Positions 14,301 to 26,300 of a stretch of DNA of 64,000 bases are shown here, piece by piece (positions within the stretch are counted from its first letter, which is position 1; every line of letters begins with the position of its first letter). Position numbers and translations under genes: made by a program. Under the pieces are notes generated by a model. It was not told the origin of the DNA. It saw nothing but the letters and a program-made list of their open reading frames with translations, and searched no databases. This DNA is from Acanthaster planci (taxonomy: Eukaryota), in NCBI RefSeq assembly GCF_001949145.1, contig NW_019091355.1, positions 1,821,107-1,885,106 of the forward strand, given 5' to 3'.

Positions 14301-17300
14301 AATCCCCTCATTCCTGAGTTGATAATCATACGAAGCAGATCATTTAAACTGCGCTTCCTCTACACGGTAGCAGGATATTTTGCAAAAAGATCCAAACTTG
14401 CACAGAACATGCATAAGTAGAATTTGTAGGGGGATTATTTACATGTATAGGTGAAAAAGCAAAACAGAATGAGAGACCAGATCCTGGTTGCTAGAGGTAG
14501 AGGTACATGTACTTTGTACTTTTGATTACACATCTTACAAACAATCTTGCACTATGGAATTCAAACAGGTGTACACTATATGAACATCTAAATGAGCAAT
14601 ACATTGAAGAAGTACATGTATTTCAAGGGATCCAGTGACATACACCATATGCTGTTCCATATTTTACACTAAAATGTCCTTGTAACGCAAGATCCTGAAC
14701 TTTCTCGAGTGACATTAGTTCATTAGCAGCATGCACTTCTTGATCTGGATAGTTCGTGGTAAAACAGTCAGGGTGAAATCAACACTAGGGTGGAGGTTAG
14801 ACTGATATCTATTACAGAAACTTTGCATCTGGTGGTGAGTTCTACTCTTTCCGAATCCATCTGTGTCTCAGCAATGCCATGTACAACGTACATGTTCGTG
14901 AACTGCCATAAAAAACTACACAACATTAGAAGTTTATGTGAATGTACCGTATTTGGAGAAATTTGATAGCAAAGTCAAAAAGTACACGTCCTCTTTGAGG
15001 CAAATGCTTTGTGACACACTGTGAAATGAATTCCAAAAGAGCAAGAAAAAAAGGCTTTGCATGGTAGCCATCTTGCAGTGCAGTTCTTTAGCTCCAAAGG
15101 GAAACCTCCTGCAGAATAAAAGCATTGACCAGCAAGATGACAGCCATGCAAGCCCTCTATTAATTGTGAAACCTACCACGTAGGCTCCATCAGGAAAGGG
15201 ATTATTACATGACAATCAAAACTAAGGGGTTTCAGTTCTCTGTTAGGAGGAAAACACATCAATGCAAACCAAAAAAGAGGTATTAAAAGTGCTGATCAAT
15301 CTCATTACAAGTCTCACTGAAACTCCATTAGTGGGAATTAGAGTCACAAAAAAATAATGTGCTCAGTGAGTTGAAACTGTTGATGTTCTGGTGATCAGAT
15401 CTACATGGTAATGTCATCAGTGTTGCCATGACTACAGGAGACTTCCCTGAGAAAGAACAGGTCAGAGATGTTCAACAAATATGAGAATGGTTAATTCAGT
15501 TCATAAACATAATACGCTAATATTGTTAGTTAAATGCAAAGGTCTGCGTGTACATTGACACAAGGGATTGAGGGAGAAGGGAGTAATAGTTAGCTAACGT
15601 ACACTGGCACAGGTACATGTACATGTAGTTTAGTAACTTGAATAAGTGGACACAAAATGATTGACTAATGCTAGTCATCACATCAATACAACATTAACCC
15701 TATCCCCCTAGGGTGTATGTAAAATCGTATTGAAATTGGAGGATTTGGGACTGTTAGGGTTAATCATTGACAGACGGACAATGGATGTTGTGACACACTG
15801 ATCACACTGTGACACATCATCACTGAATACAAAATGCAATTGCTCAAGTTGCATTGAGTTTCAACTTCCTGCTGGAAATAACCCAAGAACTTTTATCAAG
15901 AAAGAGAAAGGCAGAGAAACTACTGTTATGCATTAAACCAACTCCTTACAAATCAAGTCAATAAAAGGCCAACTGAACAAGGGGGCCAAAGGGGGCCTTT
16001 GGAAGCAGGAAAACTCTCTTCCAAATTGGAAAACTATGAGTTTTATACTAGACAAAATTTATGATTCAGAAGCATGTGCCTTGTCACAAATGAAGCTTGA
16101 TGAATGAAGCTTTTGCTTGATTATAATTTCTTTTTCAATGAAAATGCTTATATTAATCTCACTTTTCTTAGGTTTGTTGGCCATTTTTATGCATTTTTTG
16201 ATCCTAGAAATTCTGTAAATTTTCCAGCAGACTTGGACGGCTAAGCTAGTGACATACAGGTGTTTCAGTATCAATGCAAGGATCAAAGTGCTTCTTTATT
16301 CTTCTCCGTCTTGACAGAGGGTGTAAAATATCAATTCTTGCAGAACTTTTGTCAAAGGCAAAACTGTTAATTGCATTTAACAAATCTAATGACAGAACCT
16401 TCACCGACACCATGACATCATACTTATCAAATCAACAAGGAGAAAACGTCACCAAAAGGAAAATCAATTGGATGGTTAAATGTCACAAAGAAAAATCACT
16501 ATAAGCCATCACATGGGGCTTACAGGTGAGCAAACATGTGGACAAACAGGTGAACAAACATACATACACAGGCTAAGTAATGACAACATATGCTCAACTG
16601 GAGAAAAATGTGGTGACATTTACAGGGCAAGTGTAAAGCAACTAACCCTTCATGTATTAAAGTGCAAGTGAATTCAATCTAGTGACAATTCACAGGTTAA
16701 AGATTGAGGTGTTATCTGTAGAAATAAACAGATAGTGTGAGTAAAGACCGGTTCATAATTCACACGAAAGCCAAAGCAAATGTGAATTTGTGACGTCAGA
16801 TCAAATATTCGCGTTGTGAATTCAAAAAAGTCTAACACATTTCAACTCAGGCGAAATTTCGCCGCGCAGTTGTCGTAGCATCAAATTCGTTTCACTTTTG
16901 CATTCACCTGGAGTATGAGCTGGCCTTACGTAAGGATTGGAACACACATGCATACCATACCATACAGTAATTTAATCTTTTAATGTAAACGTTATTGATG
17001 ACATTCACCATGAATGGTCTCAACTTTGTAATGACAACAACATGACTGTTTCCTTCAGTCTTGTTTTGCGCTGTTTTTCAACAGAATTAACAGCAAACCA
17101 TAATTTCATTATAAGTCTGGAGCATTCACGTGATGCCATTTACATGTACTTGTGCATCTCGGGTTCTTGGCCCCAGACTGGTTTGGAGTGTCGACATGTT
17201 AATTCTAGAGTGCGCATGTGGCGTTAATACCTGGGTCTCTTGCTATACCCTGTTCAGCCTGGCGCTTAAAGAACATCTCGGCCCCTCGTGAAGTCTTACG

Positions 17301-20300
17301 CACCCGGCCATTGGCAACGGGGCTTAATTGGATTTCTGCATGCAGTGGACAAGAGCAAACAAGACAAGAGGGGGAAAAAAAAAAAAAAACACGACATGAT
17401 CAGGGGAACAGTGAGCACAGTTCAACAGTGGCAAACCCACAAACTAACGAGCAGTGTTAGTAAGACTGTGACTCTCAATATCTGCACTGGTAACTTGCCA
17501 TTCAAAAGAAGGATGACAGTAAAAATGAACATCTCCTCAACGCAAAGTCAATCTTGAAATAGTTTGCGGTACCTGCTGCTACACTGTACCTCTGACTCAG
17601 ACCGGACAGCCAACCCTGGCAAGCTCGGTGGTCGAGCGGTTGAAACTTCTGCACTAATTAGCAGGTCATGGGTTCGAGTCCCACCCGAGTAAGCTTGTGA
17701 ATTCTTTGCAAGCTCTTGGACAAGCACTGAGTATATAGTGTTTACAAATATATATGTTGTGTACAGGTAAAATCCTTTAATTAAAAATTAACATCTCCCT
17801 GACGCGAAGTACATCTTGAGAGAGCAAAAATCTCACAGGCTAACTCATTTTGCCCGGTGACTTAGAGGAACACTGCACTTTCATTACTTTTTAGACTTTT
17901 CTCAGCATAAAATGATTCCTGTTTTCTAGTTTTGTTTTTCTAAGGTGGTTTTCTTCCTTCAAAATTCTCAGAATTAAGTCTTCCGAAGAGTAAAAAGTGG
18001 GACAAGAGAGGGCTGCTACCAGTATTTCTTGACTTGTCAACTGTAAAAAGCCCGAAAGGTGTCAGGCTCAACTGGCACACAGACCACACCGTTCTTTCTC
18101 TTCACTTTACCGATCATCTAACAAAGCAGTAGGGTAATTTTATGCCCGAGGATAAAAAACAACTGGCACAGCATGTAGATGACTATATAAACAGCTGCAA
18201 ATGTCATTTTCAATGCAGCGCAAATGAAGCCTGTCTTGCTAGTACCAGTGAATGAAATTTGGCCCCAGAATGTTAAGTGGAACACACGCCAATCATGGAC
18301 GATTGATGACTGCCATTGAAACACTGCACAGCCATATGAAGGCCTGCGGTTACTGATGAAATGCCTTCTACAGGAAGCCCAATAGCAAATGCACTAGTAT
18401 CATGTAAATAAAACAGCATTTCTCACGCAATAAATTATGCATTTGGTGTGCTGTTTTGAAAGAAGGAAAAAAGATTCACCAAATTATATTCCCAATTGGT
18501 CCATGCCAAAAGGTTTCACAAGTCAAGGAAATGTTTGGCATGTGTGCGTGTGTCACTGTGGGAAGAAATTGAATTACAAGGGACCTCAAGGACTCAGTTG
18601 ATGCACCACGTATATGAAAAACTATGGAAGAACACACATGCACATTGCCCCAATTCGGCAAGCTAGCCATGGACAAATGTGGACTGGGCCAATTCTCATG
18701 ACGATTAAGAAATTGCTCTGTCAGTGAATTACAAATGGATTGAATACAAAACTGAAAGTATGACTTTTGTAATCCCAAGGTATCTATCCTTGTGCATGTA
18801 CATGTACAAATGTATGCGTATACATGTACATGGTTTCACAAAATTTAATGTGTTTCAAGGATACATCAGCATTCTTCAAAACACTGCTCAACATTGATAA
18901 CACTGCAATTTTGAAGTCATGTGCGTATCAACATTTAATGCCATATATGTGCATGTGTACCACTCCATGTGTCTACATGTACATGTATGTTAAGGCTGTT
19001 TTCCACACCCACACTGCACATGTACTGATACCTTGTATTAACCCTAACAGTCCTCAATCCTTCACCTGTTGGAGGACTGAGGACTGTTAGGGTTAAGGTT
19101 ATCAACTGCTTGATTTTGTGGATGGTAATAATGTTAAACAGCGGCAGCATTTCAGGTACAAAATGACACCCACTTAATACAATTCCCACTAGAATAAACA
19201 CATACCAAGACTGTACAGTATGCGGTTTTCACAGTTAAACAAGTGCCCTATATACAAACACTGTATACATGTAGGCACGCATGTAAAATACTCAGAAACA
19301 TAACACAGCCTAATTCAATTAATTTTGGCTTTTTGCCCTGCCCGATGTGTTTTCCAACCTCATTGGTTTGTAGTCTTCATGTACATATACATGTACACAG
19401 TGTGTAAAAGAAAACAACTGAAACTACGCCCCCTACAAGTCTGAACAAAACTTTTACACTACATGGACATTACAGAAACATACATGTATGGTGCATACAT
19501 GTACAATGTACATGTGGTGCACAGAGCCCATGCGAATGAGCTCTTGAGGGAGCAGCTCAATCACTGCCTACAATGTACATGTACAATACTGTATATTTAC
19601 AGGGGTACACAAACTATTTCTTGGAGGATGTTGGCTACAATGCTGTGGAGGGAACAGTTAATAAAATAAATGCATTATTTTGCCTTGAACAAAGTAACAC
19701 ACAGAACCACATACATGTACATTCAAACAGCATAATACAGTGAAATGCAATACCACAGTATGCTGTACATGTGGATGGGAAAAATTGGCACACAGTGCAC
19801 AAGACAGTTGTGCTCCAAGAGGCAGTGAAGAAAAGCACCATGCAAATCAACCTGTTATGCTCGTCACTGACTGGACAACCTCACAAACTTATGACCAATC
19901 GTCATCTGGGGCACTAAACTCATGCAAATGAGCTCAAAGGCAAGGGGACCCACTCATTGGCTGTCTCAACCTGAAAACATGCAGATTAGAAGAAGACCAG
20001 TATGAATGGTCCGAATGAGCTTTACAAACTTGTGTCCAATCATCAAATGGTGCACAGAACCCATGCAAAAGAGCTCTTGAGGGAGTGGCTCAATCACTGG
20101 CTACCTGGAAAGTGAAACATGCAAATTGGAGGTTAATTTTGAGGCAGTCCAATTCACAAATATGCAAATTACCCGGTGGCAGCTGAGGCTGATTGGCAGA
20201 GAGATACAGCTTGCGTTTGACCACCTTGGGCTTAGGGGGTATGACTGGGGGAATGTCCTCCGTATCGGAGTCAGGGGGAGGGGGTGGGACTGGAGGTGAA

Positions 20301-23300
20301 GAGAAGGCATATTTGGCCGAGTCATCCTTGGACCGAGGTTGGAAAGTCACTGGTTTCCATGCTGTTTTTCTAGAAGCTGTGAAAAAAATAACCACAATTA
20401 AACATCAAACGAGAAAAAGTATCATTTTTTAAGAGGGGGGAATCACAGCAAGTGAAAAGAATAAATGTACATCAATGTAGAGCTTTCAGCACATTAAGAA
20501 AAGCTGTAACATGTCATATAAAACACTCATGGGTAAAATTGTTAATCAAAAAGATATTTCACACACAGTGACTTCAGACAAATGGAGATCTGATCTTTCA
20601 TAAACTTTTCTGCAGAAATACAGCTGAGTTCGAAGAATGTTTAGAAAAAAAAGAGCTTCACCTTTGCCCTACGAGTGCTTACAGCAAATAAAAGAAAAGT
20701 GCACTAAAACATTGTGGAAACATTTTCCTGTTTTTATCATAGTGTGCACTGATCGTTAGTTTGATTTCGCAGACAAATCTCCCATTATTTCCCCGAGTGA
20801 CACATAATTAAAGTCTCCAATTGGACGAATTGTTCTTTGCATGGTCACCACAGACGCATGTGATGACACAATCAATACTTCTTAAAGATTGCAGATACAT
20901 GTACTTTGATTGTGAAAAAACCTCCACAGCAACAATTTTGCAAATGAACACGCCACAATTTCTGACGAACCGGTGCATTTCACACAAGGAATCTTGTAAC
21001 AAATAAAACAATGAAGGAAAATTGGCACTTTTGGTTGCTCATTTTTTTTCTTGAATGTAAATATGAAACCCCTCCATATTATGTTTTTACACACCAAGAA
21101 GCAATGTTATGAATTCTATGAATGCAGACAGGCTATGGCAGGATGAAGATCTCAATGCTGTGTGATTGTGTTCTGCAAATAGCAATGATTTGATTTCTTA
21201 AAAGCAAAATGTGTCCAATTCTGTATCCACTATTAATATCTGAAAAAATGGACTCTTTTTCTAAACAATAAAAGATGTGAAATTCTGAACAATGGATAAT
21301 ATATTGTATATTAAAATCATGGTATTCCTTTGGGCAAACTTGTTTAATACAAGGCTGAATAAATAACGGTTTGAACTTCCTGGGAAATAAAAAACTATGA
21401 CTGAAAACAGAGCATACATTTTCAAACAAGTTTTTCCGTCATTACCAATAACTGATTTGTTCAAAACTGAATAAGTAACAGCAAGAAATATAAAAGGTAG
21501 ATGAAAAACTTTGAAGGCATATGAGATCCATTCAAAACAAAAAAAATTAAATATGGAACACGGGTTACCATGACAACAGCAGCATGCTCATGGCAATGAA
21601 ACTTAAAACCCAAACAGCATGCACCAAAAAACAGTGCCAGTCGGGCACACATTAGGGGGGGAAATGAATGAACGAGGTCTTGCCATGTTGTTTGTGTGAT
21701 TGGATTGGGGTCAAAGGTTGAGCTCATGTACCCTGGGCCGTCCCATCGGGGACTCTTCCATCTCGCTGAAAATTGACCCGTGTTCAATCTCAGCTCTTCC
21801 CACATCTCTCTGTGGAATCTTAAGCACTTTCTGAGCCTTGCAAAAATGCGTCCCTTGATATTTTGCCCTCACTGAGTGACGAAGTTGTTTAAGGCATTCT
21901 ATGTGTACATTTTACATAGTGAGTTCATGAATGTTCATGTACATGTATGTGTTACTGTGTTGATCAACAAGGATAGTGCGTGTACGTGGAGTTTACTCTC
22001 TGATTTGTAAATTTAGAGAAATATTCTGCTTAAATTCTTGTTTTACATGTACATGTAAGGAAAGAATTTTCTTGGAAGCGCCCTCTGGTTGTTCTTGTAA
22101 TTGTTTTTGTTTAATTTTTCAATTAATTTTCAATTTTCAGTCAGGCCTTTATGTTGAATAGCAAAATATAACAATTAGGCTTGTACATGTAAATTGCATA
22201 CTTGTAAAATGGATAAACCTGTATTATAAAATTGGCAATAAGCACCCTGTAAAACATGTCTTCACTGATAAAGTGGACAAAGAAAAATACCATCACTGCT
22301 TCGTGACCTGGGTCGTATGAAAAAACTGCTTCGGTGTCGCTTTGGTTTGACTGGTTCACCTCGCTGGATGACCGGTTCCCGCGGGCGCGGTGGACGTGAG
22401 GCGATTGGTAAGCTGTCTTTAGATGAATAACTAGGGGTGGTATAGGATGGGACGGTTGGGCAGCCAGTTTCATTGCAAGTACAGTAACTGTTCAAATCGG
22501 ATGGCCCTACTATGGGAGGGTTCAAAGGTCAAGAAGCCAAAGGTCAAAGAGAAATTGAGGATGGTTAAGGTAATAAAAGGAAGATCAGTGGAGTGGAAAT
22601 GAAGGTTACGAGTACATGTTCATGTCAAGGCAAAAGATGAAAGTTAAGCAGAATTTTTTTCAGTATGGGAAGGCAAAATGGACAGAAACCGGGAAAAGAG
22701 AGGAAAAGTGATTGGGGGTTGTGAAAATGGAACAATGAGAATGAAAAGAAGGAAAAGGGTTTGCAGAATTAAAAACCAAATAAGAAATGTGAAAACAGCA
22801 CAACAAATGATCATGCCACATCTTGCTTAAAAATTGACGGCTCGCAAACCAGCAAATGCAATATTTTAGTTGATATTAACACGCCATGGCTCAAATGTCA
22901 TGCCTTTTACACCGGACCATACCATTTGAGCGGACAGGGATGACAACTGAATGAGGATGGAGCATCCCTGTAAATATATGCAGATGAGGGGAAGGATTAG
23001 AGATGAAAATGAAGGCTATGAATTCGGATTTCAAAAATTAATAAACGTGACAGACCTGAACGATTTTAATAAAATGGTTCATTTCATTTCCAGAACTGAA
23101 ACTTGATGCACGAGTGTGTGGTACGAAGGCACAGTACCGTCTGACCGTAGATAATAACCCATTTGTCAAGCCAGTTTAAAATTATGGGGATTTCAAATAA
23201 ATTAGGCCATCAAATGTTGAATTCAATACTCAGGTGACAGATTATTTCCATAAATTGCACGAATCCAGCAGTGCTTTTGCTCAATGGGAAATTGAAGTTA

Positions 23301-26300
23301 TCATTAGCCTACTCATCAGGCAACAAGATCAATTTCGGCAGCCCGTATCATCATGGATCCAGCCTCTGCTCCTGCAGATGACCGTCTTTACCCCTGGGTG
23401 GGGAGAGGCAAGTGGGGGTAGGGTGACTTGCCCAGGGATTTAAACACTTTCCCCAATGTTACCATTGGGGGTCACAAACTCCAACCATTATGACACACAC
23501 ACCCCATGGGAGGCATTTGAGCATGTTCATTGTAATGTGTATGTGGTGAAATGGTGAACATTCTTTTATTGTGCTGTTGAAGATTATGTGCTTTACATTA
23601 AAAAAGGTCAAGGGTCACACAAAGGTCATACCAACTAACCTTTGCTACCTGGTGGCGTCCAAATGACGCCAGACATGAACTTGACAGGAGGGGCGTCGTT
23701 CTCAGGCTCTGAGTCGTAGCGCAGGGTTACCTGCTTGCCTGGGTAGACCGTCAGGTTCTCGGAGGAGCTGCTCCGCCCCCGGATTGGAGAAGGGGAGCGG
23801 CTACGGGTGGTCTTGGTGACCTTGGTGGTGGTGGTACGGGTCACCGACACATTACTGGGTGAGAAACCATGGAAGGTGACGCCATCCACCGATACAGTCT
23901 CATCATCAACTGCAAAGTTGCTAACGCTCTGCTGGCCTGTTTAGGCAAACTAAGGTTAGTACAGAGCTCCCAAGTTGAAAAATCTCCCCCTTCCCCCCAA
24001 AAAAAACAATCCGGTTTACAGAACTTTCTAAATGAGAAACTTGACAAAAAACCAGTCTGACCAGTCACCTGACAAGGGCGAGAAATCAGTTGAACCTGCA
24101 AAGTGACAGTGATCTGATTAATGCACATGTACACAAAAAGTACGATAAGACTAACAATGTACAAAACATGGGCACACTTGTACTGTACATGTAATACATA
24201 CATGTACATGTATGCACACAGCTGGTGTACATGGGTACCAGTACACTATACCTATGGAAAAAACCACCAAATTCACTGCAATTTCATATTACTGACATAT
24301 GTACATGTACATGTAGCAACCATACAATATACCACATATGGACATGCCGGGTACTATACACCAAACACGTTGCATGACCACACAGGTACAAGTAGGGGCT
24401 TGACCGTGTGGCATAAAACATCTGCAGGGTGTAAAACTCACCTGAAACACTTGCACTAGTCTGAACGGACATACTGTTGTTGTTACTGGGGATTACTGGA
24501 CCATTTAACGGACGTGGTCTGAAAACAAAGCGAGAGTGTAAATTGTTTTTGTAAGACCATTTTTGCTATTGGTAATAGTGGGTGGTTACTTTTGATCACT
24601 TTGATTTTATCACGTTGCAAAAATTTATGACCAGTTTCTTTTATATTCAGAATCTGAGTTTGAATATCGGGTATATGCGTACTACCAATTTCATAGCCTA
24701 CTTTTGTAATTTACTCATAACTTACTTAAATTCTATTTTCCAACAGGCAGGTAAAGCCCAGCCATGCATGAGAATCGTCTTTTGTTTTTGTGGTTTTCCC
24801 ACATCATTGCTGGACTGGCCAGCTGTCTTGTTTTTCAGGTTGAACTGAACAAGTAAACCAGGCCACAAAGCTGTGTAACATACTCACTTTGAAAGAGCTA
24901 ATTTGAGTTTTGAGGTTGCGTTGCGTATGAGGTTCTGAGCATCATTCTGGTCTAGGTTGTTTGTTGGTTGGCCATTTATTCTCTCCACTGTGTCCCCTAT
25001 GTGGATCTGTGCTACAGCTGCCTTGCTGCCTGGGTTGATCTACATGAAGAAAAAGCATTAGTCAATCCAATGAAAAAAGAAAATGAGTTTCGTAAATTCA
25101 ATGATTGTCACATTGGGAAGTCAGGTTGGCGTAGTGGTTCTTTCCTTGCCTTCCACCTCTGCGGCCCGGGTTCAAATCCCAGCCCAGTCCACATGTGGAT
25201 TGGGTTTTCAGTCCCTACCTGATTCCGTGAGTTTTACCCAGAATATTCCTTTCCCACCTTTCCTCCCACCTCTAAAACTGTAACTGCTTCTCACTGTCTC
25301 CTCTCTACAGGTTTCTTCAGACTTGCAAGCTACAGTGCCTATGGGGCTTTTGAGGAATCATTGGTGTCATTACCAGAAATATATAATAATAATAATAATA
25401 ATAATAATGATAGCTCTCCCAAAATAATGCTCATTACACAATAATGCTCTAAAAAAGAGGCAAATCTACAGGTAAGTACAAGACAACTAAATTCTAACAT
25501 TTTCAATGCTTCAAAATTTAAAGTGTCACAATGGAACTCTTGTTATTCACAGTAAAAACCCTGAAAAAGATTTGGTTAAACTGAAAGTATTCATACATGT
25601 ATGTCACAATTCTTGTAGATCTGGCTGACAAATTCCTAGAAAAATCTGTAAACTTGCTGAAGAAATTATGCACTTAGAAATACGGCAGAAATGTGGATGC
25701 CCCCTGAAAATTATGCTTTAATGTTATACATTTGCAATAATAAGCATACCCGTATATTTTACAAATAAACATCGCAATTTGATCAGAATCCCTGCTCCAA
25801 AAAATAATGCCCAAGGGAATTTCACTTTCTCTTCATCTCAGTACATGAACAACCTTCCCTCCTCATCACAACAAATATGGAGCAGGTTAACACTGCAGTG
25901 GGCCTGCACAGCAGCACCAAAACAGCAGTCTTAGAACTGCCTGCCTGGCATGAATGAAATCCTTGGAATTTGGTCCAGGCTTTCTCCCTCAGGTCAAGGG
26001 GTCAATGACCTCGAAATTCTACCCCCAAGTCCTCCCTCTCTCTGTCTCTCTTTTCACTCTCTCTGGCAATTTCTGGGATGCTTTCCCCTCCCGGTGTTTC
26101 GTTCCAATCTGGGTATGAAAACAGCGGGATAAATTTCCCTGTGTAAAATTCTGCCTGGTGAACATCATACCACTTGCTAATTTGTTCCAAGACAGTTTGG
26201 AGAAAAAACAACATTCACAGAACTTTGGAGATGTTTTTGTCCAACGGTTTATCGAAATGTAAAATCTGACATTACAGACAAGTGATGGCGCTTGATCCGG

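Noticed and set aside
15330..15446. Strong acceptor (ctgacctgttctttctcag) at 15446
   Set aside because: Only a weak donor follows and the frame hits a stop. It may be an alternative terminal exon but I cannot support it.
17615..17690. Possible tRNA gene
   Set aside because: A and B boxes are present but the acceptor and anticodon stems do not pair. Treated as a SINE head, as is 25115-25190.
21733..21766. Candidate exon ARWKSPRWDGPG in the SORBS-like gene
   Set aside because: Plausible acceptor, but the nearest GT donor gives 34 nt, incompatible with the flanking phase-1 exons. Left out of the model.
26002..26214. Protein-like ORF in intron 1
   Set aside because: No clear acceptor or donor, it would interrupt the PDZ domain, and no family was recognised.
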